The notes under the pieces are model-generated. The model made no database searches and had not been told where the DNA came from. It worked only from the letters and a program-made list of their open reading frames with translations. 64,000 nt of DNA, from assembly GCA_951406725.2 (NCBI GenBank), contig OX597814.1:167152001-167216000 (forward strand), written 5' to 3'. The stretch is from Octopus vulgaris (Eukaryota). How positions within the stretch are numbered: position 1 is the stretch's first letter; each line of letters opens with the position of its first letter. This document shows positions 1-13,990 of this stretch, one piece after another. Made by a program: the position numbers and the translations under genes.

Positions 1-381
1 GTTTGATTCCCAGACCGGGCTATGTGTTGTGTTCTTGGGCAAGACACTTTATTTTACATTGCTCCAGTTCACTCTGCTGTAGAAATGAGTTGCAACATCA
101 TCGGTGCCAAGCTGTAGTGGTGTTTACCTTTCTCTTGGATAACATTGGTGGCATGGATTGGTGAGGCTGGTATGCATGGGCGACTGCTGGTCTTCCTTAA
201 ACAACCTTACCTGGACTTGTGCCTCTGAGGGTAACTTTCTAGGTGCAGTGCCATGGTCATTCATGACCAGAGGGAGTTTTTACCCTTTACCCAAGAAGAC
301 CAATGTTTTGAGATGCAGTTTTTCTATGAATTGTTTGTAGCAAATCATAATTTATGACAGTGTCATGAGACTCAGCATCTA

Positions 382-903
382 CCGTAAATCCTTGTGTATA
401 ATCCACATTTTTCCCCCAAAATTTAAAGGTCAAAATCACTAGTGCGTACTATATACGAGGTTAAAAATGAAAAATATTTTCTAAGCAATGTCCAAGTCTC
501 TATTTGCTGTCCGGCAATGTTTATTCAGACGCATTTTGTGATGTCGGACGCAAAAATACCTTAAGCTAAGCCTGAAAGCAATAAAGTCATAAAAGAATTA
601 TCCATAACTTGCAGTAAGCAACATTTATTAAAATAAAAGTATTCAGAACACAGAATAACATATAACAAAAACAATTTGCAAACATATTTACATTCCCATA
701 TAACAGTTAAGAACATCACCATTGTTGTATTACACATGCACAGAAGTGTTTGTTTGACTAGGTGCTGCTGGCTTCATTATGTATGACTCAAGTTAGCGAA
801 GGGGTGCGTATTATACACAAGGTTTAGGTTTTTCAGAAGTACAGCCCCCTAAAAATCCCCTGCTTATTATACTGAAGGGCGGACTATATTCGAGGATTTA
901 CGG
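382..903. mobile_element. Non-autonomous Tc1/mariner-superfamily (Tc2/pogo-like) MITE
   Basis: Termini CCGTAAATCCTTGTGTATAATCC / GGACTATATTCGAGGATTTACGG are imperfect TIRs flanked by TA on both sides. Confidence 0.8.
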
Positions 904-3900
904 TATATCTTCTCTGGGACAGAATATAAAAAGTTGTAAACAACAAAATCTGAATAGTTTCATGTAAAGGATAATCTGATTATGGACAATAAAGACACAA
1001 TAATGAGTTACTCTTCCCCAAGGCTGTCAACACTTCTGTACCCTACAAAACCAATGATGTTGAAGTTCATAATCATTTTAACATTCACTTTTCCATGTTT
1101 GCATCAGTCAGATTTCTATGACTGGATGCCCTTCCTGGTGCCAACTCTTGCATATTTCTAAACAAGATAATATTTCCTCACTGCTAGACATGTTTTCACA
1201 GAATATTGGAAATAAATGGCACTGCTTGTATGACAGTGACATTCATTTACAACTATAATGCAATGTCAAGAAAAGGAGATACAAACATACATACACAAAA
1301 ATACACACACGTAATAAAAGTTCCATTCAGTTTCTTTCCACCAAATCCACTCACATGACTTTGGTCAGCCTGGGGCTCAGGTTTATACTAGAAGAGTCTT
1401 GTGCAGGGTGCCATGCAGTAGGACTGAACCCAAAACCATATAGCTGAGAAACAAACTTCTTGACCACACAGCCATATATTATGTAATCAATTTTACATCA
1501 TTATCATCATCGTTTAATGTCCGTTTTCCATGCTGGGTTGGACGGTTTGACTGGGGTCTGGGAAGCCAGGAGGCTGCACCAGGCTCCAGTCTGATCTGGC
1601 AGTGTTTCTACAGCTGGATGCCCTTCCTAACGCCACATATAATCAAATTTTCATGTATTGTATGAGAAATGTTAATAACAAATGTTTTTCTTCTTAATAT
1701 CCTGATAACCTAAAGACCAAAAATTGCCATTTGACCCAAAGTCACTTCTGGTTGGGTAGGGTACAATTATAATCAAAGCATTGCTGCTGTGACCATCACA
1801 TCATTTTTCTTTACGCAATACATCATTCACTGTGCCCTTCCTTTTTTTAAAGATGGTAGAGTAAATCTGAGTAAGATTTAGCTGCTCTTTGTGGCAGATT
1901 GAGTAACCATAGAGAAGCTTTTCTTCTTGATTCATTAAAGATGCATAGTCTGTGGCATTGTTATGACTAAGATAGGGGCAATTCTGATTATAAAAATATT
2001 ACTGATATTTAGTTATGAAAATAAAATAGCGATAATAAGGGAAAGTAAAAAGAGATAAAAGAAATATTTGTTAAAGCTAAGGCAATGATAATATATTGGC
2101 TTCAAATTTTGACACAAGGCCAGCAATTTCGGGGGAGGGGGTAAGCCAGCTACATTGTTTCCAGTGCTCAATTGATACTTATTTTATTGAGTCTGAAAGG
2201 ATGAATGGCAAAGTCAACATTGGTGGAATTTGAACTTGAAAAGTGAAAAAGGAACAAAATACCACTAAGCATTTTGTTTGCCATGGTAACGATTCTGCTA
2301 GTTTATATCAGGAACTGAATATATGAGTTAATCAGTATGTGGTATAATAAGAGGCTAGGACTTAAAGATGAAATGGAAGAAATTTAGGACAAATATTTGG
2401 GACCAACCTACATCTTGTATTTATCAGAATCAAACTATTAATCTATTGGTCACTCTCCAACAGGTTTACAGTCGAGCCTGTGGCAGTGGAGACCTCCAGC
2501 ATTTTTGGCTCCTGGACTATATCCCAGCTATTGAGCTGAAAATGGCTGTCTGCAAATGCAAGGCCCATGAGTCAAAGTGGCTGTTTCAGCACAACTCCCT
2601 TGCCATTCTCCAGGGCAATGCCTTTTTCATTTTGTTTGCTGGGACCATGAGAAATGTTTCTTGAGATTTGTCAAAAATTGCAAAAAAAAAAAAGCCTCCT
2701 TTCTCAACAAAATCTAAACCACACCACAAAATAAAGAACCCAGTTCAATGTTTCCTCTTGACATAATTAAGTTTTTTTTTTCATTTTGCTAATAGCTTTT
2801 CTTCTCAGTAACAGCTTTGATCCATTAAAACAAATCCATGTTGAATTCTATCACATACAACTATTCTTCACAACATTCATTATGCTTTTTGTTCAGTTCT
2901 TAGTCTATAAGCTGTATTTACTAGTAATTAACTTTCTCTTATGTGCCAGTTTTACTGTTGTAGCTTTAACAGGAAATGATAAGAAATCACCTTCCCACAT
3001 AATCTAATTAGTCCAAACAATACATGCCACCAGTCTATGCACCAATGTTATCTGTTACTTGTTTCAGACATTAGACTGCGGCCATACTGGTGCACTGCCT
3101 CAAAGAATCTTTAGTCAAATGAATTGAACCAAGTACATTTTTTTAAAAACCTGTAACTTATTCTATCAACCTCTTTCACCGAACTGCTAAGTTATGGGGA
3201 CAAACACAGACACAAAGATATACATACACATGTATATATGTATCTGTATCTACCAAATCCACTCACACTGCTTTGGTCGGCCCAAGGCTACAGTGGAAGA
3301 CACTTACCCAAGGTACTACGCAGTGGGACTGAACCCAGAACCAAGCTTCTTACCACACAGCCATGCCTGTACATGTACAATACTGTTACAAGTTGAATCT
3401 TTTCTAGATAGCATAAGTCTGCTACCTTTCTGTCTCACACACATGAATAATACAAATGTAAAATATCCAAGCATTGCCTATCAATTCAGTTTGTGAGATT
3501 ACCTGAAATATTCTCTAACAAATCGAGTTTCAGATTTTATAAAACTTTAAAATAATATTTGGTAACTTTTAGCTTCTTCATGCCCAATTCCCAGTTGTGG
3601 CTGTTAAATTGCTTTTCACTCGAATGTCATAGTGAAAATCTATAAAATTCACTGTTCTTTTAAAAATCTTATTATCAATCCAGAAGAGACATATACACTA
3701 ATATAGTTTCATATATATAATGGATGTACAGGCAAATTCACATACATTGATGAAGTGATATTGCTAAATTAATGCAAGCCAGAAGGAATCAATCAAATTT
3801 AAACACATTACATCATCATCAACATTATCTAACATTCATTTTCCATGCTGCCACAAAAAAAAAAATGAAAATACCAAAAGAAAAAAATTGAGCAAGGTTC

Positions 3901-4155
3901 TTTAGATATGGTTGAATGGGTGATGTGTGTTTTTTAAAACACTGACAATATCAGGATTGGTAAAATGTTTTTGATAAATCCAAGATGTAGGTAGGTCCCA
4001 ATATACAAGCAAATCACAAAAACTGTAAAACTGAAAAAAAAAGAAGAAAAACAAAAACTAAAATGTAGAAATATTATTTTATTCGTTTACTCTTTTAGCA
4101 GCATTAGTTCAAGAGCTGCACCATGCTGAGGCACTGCTGTTGTTGAGGAAATATT

Positions 4156-4161
4156 TTTATT
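4156..4161 (-). terminator. Candidate polyadenylation signal (AATAAA) for ADSL
   Basis: tttatt on the + strand about 90 nt past the stop; a second copy at 4078-4083. Confidence 0.4.
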
Positions 4162-4251
4162 AGATACTTTAAAATGTAAGTAAGCTAAAGTTTCTTTCCA
4201 ATGATTATTTCTCAACCAGCCAATGAGGAAATCACATTTAAAAGCATTGGT

Positions 4252-4338
4252 TTAAACAGACAAAACTACACTCCCTTTCATGGTAGAAGAATAAGGTTTC
4301 AAAGCAGGCTCCACCTCTTTTGTAATAAATTTCATAAC
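4252..4338 (-). CDS. ADSL: ADSL exon 13 (last coding exon)
   Basis: [28 protein letters not shown]; acceptor ttccag|; TAA at 4254-4252. Confidence 0.92.
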   Translation of the reverse strand, partial: VMKFITKEVEPALKPYSSTMKGSVVLSV

Positions 4339-7300
4339 CTGGAAAGTGAAGGAAAAAAAATAACAGAAGACAATTCTAAATATTTAATACATTTTGAATG
4401 AGAACAAAAAATAAATAATAAAGAAACATTTTAATGAATAATTACATGGGGAACTAATAATAAATTCTTATATTGAAACAATGCTTCAGTTTTATATATA
4501 AGAAAATTTCATGTCGGAGTCCAGGCAAATCTACTGATAACAACTTGGGCCTACAAGGAGTTTTCTATACGGTTATTTTACTATTAGGAATAGCAGCCAA
4601 ATTTTTCTCAAACCAAACTACATTGTCTTAAAATGTGAAAGACATTAGATAATGTAGTAGTAGATATCCTCCAATGGGATGGTCATCGTTGCAATGCCTT
4701 TGATCATAAGTTTGTTTGATTAGGGCTGAAATGGGGCCAAACAACAACAGCTGATGAACTTAAGTAAATTATGGTCACTTTAAACAGTTGAATTGTTACA
4801 AAAGTAAACGGATAAATTTGGAGTTTTCTTAGTTTCACAGTTAAGTTTAAATTCATTTTACAATCTATGTAGATGTTAAAATTTTACCTTTGTTGTAAAA
4901 GGGAAAGTCATAGATGAAAGCATCAAGCTAAGTAGAGACTGTGTTACCTACTTAGTCCAAGAACATGTACATGTTATCTCCAAAAAGTGGTAGAGTAAAA
5001 GAATGGCATGCATCTGTCATTTGTGATAAAGCAACAAATGACAACCCTAACCAAGTCTGATTTAATCTACTTTGGACAGTCTTTATACTTTTGGGTTTCC
5101 CAGGCTCAGAGAAAAGGCAAGATTAATTATGTTTGACTGAGAAAGAGATGACTGAGAAAACTTAGTAAGAACTGCCAAAGTCAGATCTCTGGAATGAGAT
5201 AACAAAGATTCATAACAAGTACTAATCAGATCAATCAAGTTTATGTCCAAATAAGAAGAAAAGGACATAAAATTATGATGATGAAAAACATTGATACTGA
5301 AAATTATTTTTCAGTTTTACCTGGCTTGGTGCTCTTCCAATGAAATTTGTTGGTTTGAAAAGATCGTCCAGTTGACCTTTGATTGGCTCAAAATATTTAC
5401 ACTTATGAATCCTTTCCACAAGGTCATTGTCCTTGCCTTCATGTTTTACATGTTGTCCTGCTTCATGTGACAACACACGAATTTGTTCATGACAATCCTA
5501 CAAACAGGGAAGAGGAAAAAATAGAAAAAAAATGGACTGTTGTTGTTAGTGTTTACTAGTAGAGCATTAAATTATTCGATGTTAACCCAAATCATAAAGT
5601 ATAAGAAACAGGTTAAAAGGAGAAAAAAAACAAAGCAAAATAACAAATCATCATCATTGAATGTTTACTTTCCCTTGCTTGCTTGGGTTGGACAGAATAT
5701 ATTGAGGCAGATTTTCTAAGACCATATGCTCTTCCTGTTATCATCCCCCACTTATTTGCAAGTAAGATAATATTAATCCATGGCCTGATATGTCTCAGAA
5801 AATTGGAAACAAAGGGCACTGCTTGCATGATGGTGACATTCACCTACATGTGAAAACAAAATTTTGAAGACAAATAAGTTAAAAATTGGAATTTTCTAAT
5901 ACATTTCCTCAAAACTAAAGACAATATTCTGTTGTGTCTGGGGAGTGTCATTCTCTTGTTTTTTACATGTCACCTGCACAAGAGCCAGTCTAGCAGCACT
6001 GGCAACGACCTCGCTCGAATGTTTTTTCACGTGCCACCAGCACAAGTGCCAGTAAGGCAACGATCACGCTCAAATGTTGCTTTTTATGTGCCACCGACAC
6101 AGAAGCCAGATTGCTGCTCTGGCAACGATCCCGCTTGGATGGTGCTCTTAGCGCTCCACTTGCACGGATACCAGTCATTGAAGTTGATTTTAATTTCACT
6201 TGCCTCAACAGGTCTTCGCAAGCAGAGTTTAGTGTTCAATGAAGGAAAGGTATGCATAAGTGGGCTGGTTACACCCCTGGCATAGGCCATGAGGTTATGG
6301 TCTCACTTGGCTTGCCGAGTCTTCTGAAGCACAGCATATTTCCAAAGGTCCCGGTCCTCATATATATTCCTAACCAGCAGTTTATAACTGAATTACTTTA
6401 AGTCAAGATTTCTGATCAGAGCAACATTAATTCACATAACCATAAAACATAAACATAAATGTTTGACCATTTAAATGTGCCAACTATTATATTTTAATTT
6501 GCACCAGAAAGAAAAGGTCAAAATACTTTCAGTTTCCTTACCTGGCGGTTTCCACCTGCTTTTACCATAGCCATGATTATATTTTCAGTAGCCATGAAAG
6601 GGAGTTCTTGCTCAATTCTTCTGTGAATAATCTACAAAATTGAAAAATAACAATATTTTTATCTGACAAAATTAGGAAGGAATAAAAAATCATAATGTCA
6701 ATTATATAAACAAAAACTCTGTACATAATTGTGAGTAAGACATTACATACAATGCTTTTGACTTGTTAATTTCAATATCAGGATATCATTAACGCAACTC
6801 CAAGAAAAAATAAAAAAAAAACCAACCCACTTTTTACATATCTTAGTTATCAATCTGAGTGCAATATTGCATATACAAGTTTAATTCATCACCAAAAATC
6901 TGACAAATATATTTTGAGTCAGGATTATAGATAAAATGTTCAGATTTCTAACTCTGAGTTAAGCAACTGATCATGTTCCTTTGAACTAGTCATCTGCAAG
7001 AATAGAGATATGTATATCCTTTTATAAGGTCTGTGGATGAGTGAAACCGATCAGAATGTAAGTTTAAGAGGTTTTTTAGATTTAAAGGAAATATTACACT
7101 CATATTTTATCTTTTACATTTTCTAAAAAGATTACAATTCTTTTAATGTTATTGTGCATTTTGACCTCCAATTTTTTATATATATCATCATCATCGTTTA
7201 ACGTCCGCTTTCCATGCTAGCATCAGTTGGATGATTTTGACTGACGTCTGGCAAACCAAACTCCAATCTGATCTGGCAGAGTTTCTACAGCTGGATGCCC

Positions 7301-8844
7301 TTCTTAACACCAACCACTCCAACAGTGTAATGGGTGCTTTTACGTGCCATCGGCATGAAGGCCAGCTTGTTGCTCTGGCAACGATCTCACTCATATGGTA
7401 CTCTTAGCGCTCCACTAGCAATGGATGCCAGTCACCGAGTTTGATTTCAATTTCAATTTCACTTGCCTCAACAGGTCATCACAATCAAGTTTGATTTCGA
7501 TTTCATTTGCCTCAACTGGTCTTCGCAAGCAGAGTTTAGTTTCCAGTGAAGGAAAGGCATGCATAAGTGGACTGGTTACACCCCTGGCATAGGCCACAAG
7601 GTTATGAAACATGATAATATCAAGTATGATAAATATAATGAGAATATGCACATACCTTTGGATAGACAACTAATCCTTCAAAGACATTTTGCATGGTACT
7701 TAGTAAAATATCAGCTGTTAAGAAGGATTCTGGGAGACTCAATCGTCTGAAGGAAAAGAAAGCAAACTGAATTACTTCAACAATAATCGTTTTAACATCA
7801 TAGTCACCATCATGACCATTATCCTGCACAACCTGATTAGCTATATGGGAAACTTGGCTGTATCCCACACTGCCAGACATTTTAAGTATCTCAGCAGTAA
7901 TTCCTGATGGACCACAAACTTTTCCTACCTCCACGTACTTAAAAGTTTTCTCCGTCTTACTACTATCACCCACAACAGATGGATGGTCCTTTTGTTTGGA
8001 CTATGGTGGGAAAAACATTCTTTCTCACATACATTCTCCACATTTAGTAGCCTTTTTTAACAGCATTTCCATGCCTCTTCCTTTTCAGCATCACTAACAT
8101 CACTAAGTGCAAGTGTCCTATTATCCATCTGTACACACTCGTCACCCACAGCATCTTGATTTTCTCTGGATACACTGTCTCGCAATCCAGACCACGCCAT
8201 AGCTCTGATTCACATACTCTAGGATATTTTCAAACTTCTTGCTTTCTGCTTTTCTCTCCACAATGTTAACCTGTCACCTAACTTCTCTTCTAACTACCTT
8301 ATATATATATGCTAGCATGGAAAGCGGACGCTAAATGATGATGATGATATACATATACACAAATAATAATAATAATAATAAATAATAATAATAATAATAA
8401 TAGTAGGGAATATAATTCCAAACTTACAGGGAAAAATTCAATTTAGCAATTCTAAATCAAATTTCACAATATATAATATATAATATATTTATATAATTTA
8501 GAGAAAAACATCTTTCATTATTGAATCGTTTAATAGAGGATTTTCTCTAAATTATATAAATATATATACAGTATATTTATCATCATCATCATTTAATGCT
8601 TGTTGTCTATGCTGGCATGGTTTCTATAGCTGGATGCCCTTCCTAATGCCAACCACCTTACAGAGTGTGTTGGGTGCTTTAATGTGGCACTGCATGGGCA
8701 CTTTTATGTGGCAGCGCACAGACGCTTTCATGTAGTACCACCATGAGTGCTTTACACTATCAGAAGGATCAGTCTTAACACTTCTGCTCCGGGCTATGGG
8801 TCTTCCTGAGTACAGCCAGGTACCAAGTATCTATCTATCTCTTT

Positions 8845-8926
<82 letters not shown>

Positions 8927-9482
8927 TTAGTAACACTTTGACTAAGCTTCACGTAACTTAAAGTTTCATAGGTGTGTAGGACAAGTCCATCTCATCAGAT
9001 GCTAGGAGGCAGAGCAGAAAGTTTGAGAGAAATTCATGATACCTTCTAAGTGTTTAGGCCTCTGAGCTGACCTCTGTTGGTCAGTTCAATAGAGGCTTAA
9101 ACACCCACCTAGAAGTCACCCTGAATTTATCTCAAACATTCTAGTCTGCCTAACATCTGATGAGATAGACATGTCCTACATGTCTATGAAATTTTAAGTC
9201 AATGTGGAGTTGAGTCAAACTATTATTAAAAATATTTGTAACTCTTACTAAAAGTATTAGGTGCTATTTTCTTTCGCCTGTTCACTCACATTTGTTGTCA
9301 TCATCATCATCATTTTCCTCTGCTAGCATAGATTGGATAGTTTGATAGAAGCTGGTAAAGTTGTGCCAAACTGCAATGTCTGCTTTGGCATAATTTGTAT
9401 GGCAGGATGCCCTTCCAAATGCCAACTGCTTTTCAGAGAGTACTGGTTGCTTTTTATGTGGCACCAGCACTCAGGTATGTGC

Positions 9483-9519
<37 letters not shown>

Positions 9520-12500
9520 ACATTATGATCATCGTTTAACGTCAGGTTTCCATGCTAGCATGGGTTGGATAGTTTGACTGAGAGCTGGCGAACCAGATGG
9601 CTGCACCAGGCTCCAAATATATATATATATATATACATACACACAAATAAATATATATACATACATATATACCATCATTTAATGTTCATTTTCCATGCAG
9701 GCATGAGTTGGATGGTTTGACAGGAGCTGGTAAGGCTGGAGCCCACACTAGGCTCCATTGTCTGTATTGATATGGTTTCTATAGCTGGATGCCCTTCCTG
9801 ACACCAACCACTTTACAGAGTGTATTGAATGCTTTTTACAAAACACCAGAAAAATGAAAGATAAAAAAGAAAAACCAGTAACCTATTTGCACTGTCATCT
9901 AAAGTTCTTTCCATCCATTGAACTGATGCTGTCATCAAGGCATTAGGAAGGAGAGCCATTAAGTGGCGAGATAAAGCACAACATCTTTCACTTCGCATTG
10001 GGTTTCGCTTATAAGGCATTGCACTAGACCCTGCAATAACATGGAAAAGATTAAAAAAAACAATAATTATATTATCAATAAATAACAATGTCTATGATGG
10101 TTATGATTAATCAATGGATGTTTATTTAAAAGTTTGCCCCACAATCACATGGTCCCAGGTTCAATCTCACTCTATAGCACTTTGGGCTAGTGTCTTCTAC
10201 TATACTTGAAGATGACTAATGTCTCATGAGTGAAATTATGAAGACAGAAATTGTTCAGAAGCCTTTCATATATATTACATGAGATTGTATGTGTGTATGT
10301 AGCATTTTTTATATTACTGAGAGATATAGAATGCAATACATGAGGTAGAATGCTTATATTATTTTAATTACAGCAGAGAAGCTACATCAGTGATTCAAGA
10401 ATCTTATGCAAAATGCATCTCTCAAATGCATTTGCAAAAAAACCTTTGAGCCTTGAGTCATTGACACAAAAGAAATTACATATATATTTATATATGTTGT
10501 TTGTTCATTTAAAATGTTTTTTTATGCAAACATAGTTTAAATGGGAACTGTCTTTATGGTTACATGCTCTTCCTGTGGCCAATACTTGCCTGTTTGTTTT
10601 TAAGTGGTTTTTATATTCCACAGGTTTTCAAATCACTGAGCAACTAGTCATAACATCAACAAGGAACGTCAACATCAATAACGCTTTGCCCAAAAGGTGA
10701 CAGGTGAAATACCAACATTCACCCACATTCACATAAGCACACATACATATAAAACCACCCCAGCAGCAGTAGCAGTTTAATCATCATTTTTCTATGCTTG
10801 CATAGGTCACATGATATTTATTGAGGAGTTTTTATGCCCAAGTGCTCTTCCTGTCAGCAACTCTCGCTCATTTCCAAGCAAAGTAATATTTCCCTTCATC
10901 CTTCAAAAGTGCACTACACAGGGACTGGATTTGATTTTTTGGAAGGTTGCAAAAACCACACTGCTTGTATGATGGTAACATTTGTTTACAATTAATGTAC
11001 AACATCAAGAGGAGATATAAACACACACACACAATCATGCACATATAGTATTGATAGATAATGCTTAAGAATTTTATAAAACGCAAAGGATTTTAAAAGC
11101 TCTTTTTTTTCATTTTTGTTTTTCATTAAAAAAAGATGAAGACAATAAAAATTATTTTAGGAAACAAAGGTAAGCACTCACCAATTTGATCTTTCTCAAA
11201 TGGTTCTTCAATTTCTTTGAAATTTGCTAAAATCCGAATATCTGAGCAGATCTATAAATTTATTGGAAATATAAGTAAGACATATTAGAGAATGCATTTT
11301 ACATTTTGATAAAACTGGCATTTAGTAGTCTGGTTGAATAAAATGTGCAAGCGGCTGGCTAAATAGGGTCAGCAGAATGACACCCAGGAGTGTAAGAAGT
11401 TAAGGGCCAAAACATTTGCCCAGAGGATGTTCTCAAAATCTTATGCTGTTCAGTTTCCTGGAGTATTTCTTACCACTGATAATTAATTGAGTCATGTGTC
11501 TTGTGAGTGCCTTGGGAAAAGAAAAGGCCAGGGGAGTCAACCGTGACAGCAAATCAATGAATGGAGTCCCTTAAGTGATCTGGTGTCTTCTTTGATACCC
11601 TTCTGGCAACTCCTGAGTAAGTAGAGCTCTCAAGCCCTGTAAGGCAATTCAACTAGGTGAATGCAACTATAATGTGAAGTCTCCAGCAACTGTCCATACC
11701 CTGCTGAGCCACTGTGGTCAGGCTTATAAGTCTAAAGAGTGGGATCAGATTGCGTGGACTGACTCTCACTGTGAAACTGCGAAGTGCAGGCAGCAAGAAA
11801 ATCCCTGCAGCATCAACAATTGGTTTACATAATCACTTGAGGGCACAACAGTCTCTCTTGTGATCTTTGGATATGAAGAAACTGTCATCATAAGCTTCTC
11901 TGTGTGTGTGTGTGTGTGCATGTGTGTGTGAGTGAGTGTATATGAATGTGTTGTGTGAGTGTATGTGAATGTGTTATGTGAGTGTATGTGAATGTGTATG
12001 AGTGCATGCGAATGTGTATAAGTGCCTGTGAATGTGTGTGTGTTTTGCATCCACATCTTCCCAATTACGCCATAGCCTGTCAATGACATTCTTTTAGACA
12101 TAAAAATTGTTCACACTACATCATTCACGAGACACAAAAGCTGTGAAATTTTTAATAAAGAAATAGTGAAGTAGATATCCATAGCAAGAAATGTCTCAGT
12201 TGTCAGATTCATTCAAAACACATTTCAATTTTTTAAAAAATAGAGATGGAAAATACCAGAAACAAACCCTTACTTTATGAACAGTAGCTCCTAAACTTGC
12301 TAAGCTTGTTAATGAGTCAACGTCCACCTTCCGGCTGTAGGTCTGACTACAAATTAGGTAATGGCTGTAAAACACGGAAATGGTATTAATAAAAATATTT
12401 TTCTACAAATAATTTTGATCACTGCAAACAATTCTAACTCCAGAAAACAAACACATAGGCATATTTACTGCTCTTCTATTATCACCCAGGGCCAACTAGA

Positions 12501-13941
12501 AAAATTGCAAGTGAATCTGATAGATGGAAAGTGAAAGAAGACCATCATGTGTGTGTGTGTGCATGCACATGTGAGTGTGTATGTATGTGTAGTGGGGTAT
12601 ATGCCTATATCCATATCTATGTTTACACTCGTAATTCATAATGCCATTGTATCCCCTGTATGTCTTGTAACTTACCAGAGACTGATAAAATAAGTAATGA
12701 GGTTAATATGAACAACTAAACCAAGGAGGCGATGCCCCAGCATGATGCAGTCTAATGACTAAAACCCAATTAAATAACTAAAGTAAAAGAATATATTTCT
12801 CAAAAGAGCAGCTTTTTCATTTTTCTAGCACAAAAATGGCAGTAAATGGATGTTCTGGTTCATCATCTAAGGGTTAGTAATTTTGCCAAAATAAGTTAAG
12901 TGTTCAAATCATTATCCTACCTGGGAAAACCAGCCATTTCTGTAACCATTTCATCCAGTTTCTCCACCTATTAGAAAACAGAAAATATAAAATGTTACGT
13001 ATATATGTGTGTGTGAAGGTGAAAAGCCTAGTGTTGCACTCATGATTGCTAGATCATGGGGTCGATTTCCAGACCAGATGGCATATTGTAATCTTGAGCA
13101 AAACACTTCATTTCATGTTGCCCCAGTCCACTCAGTTGTAAATGGGTAACCCTGTGATGGAACAGCCTCTTCTGATCAGGGGAATGTTGGTCTGGTCACA
13201 TAACTGTCAGGTCAGCATCATTTGAAGGCTAAAACAATGCAAAACTCATTGCAACCAGCGATGTATTACTTCTGATAGTCTAGTTAAATCCGAAATACTA
13301 GGATCATTTTTTATCACTCTTTCCCTCCTTTTCCCTCTGGCTAGGTAACCAAATATCTCCTTTATATTAGCATACCTGTTTCTGTTCTCTTTCTTGTACC
13401 TCTCTTCCTCTCCCTCTCCAGGTAGCCATGTACCTCCTCTATAGCAAGGCACTTGTTTTTGCCTCTTTGTTTCTCTTTCACACTCTAACCTTTCATCATC
13501 TGACAGAAGATCACCTCCTCCAAAACAAGACACCTTTTTCTGCCTTCCTGTGTCTCTCTGTTACACTCTAACCTTTCATCATCTGACACAAGATCCCCTC
13601 CCCCAATTCCCCCTACCCTCTCAAAATTCCTTGTCTTGCAAGTTACTTGGTGACCCTGCCAGTGCTGGTGTGACATAAAAAAGTATCCAGTCCCCACTGT
13701 AAAGTGGTTGGCATTTGGAAGGGCATCCAGCTGTAAAAATCATACCAAAACTGACCTCGTCTGTGCTGGCGCCATGCAAAAAGCACTCCACCCACTCTGT
13801 GAAGTCGTTGCTACTATGAAGGGCATCCAGCCATAAAAACCCTGTCAAAACAAACAGTAGTCTAGGGTAGTCTTCTATCTGGCCAGCTTGTCAACCATCC
13901 TATCCATGCATGCATGGAAGACAGACATTAAACGATGATGA

Positions 13942-13990
<49 letters not shown>

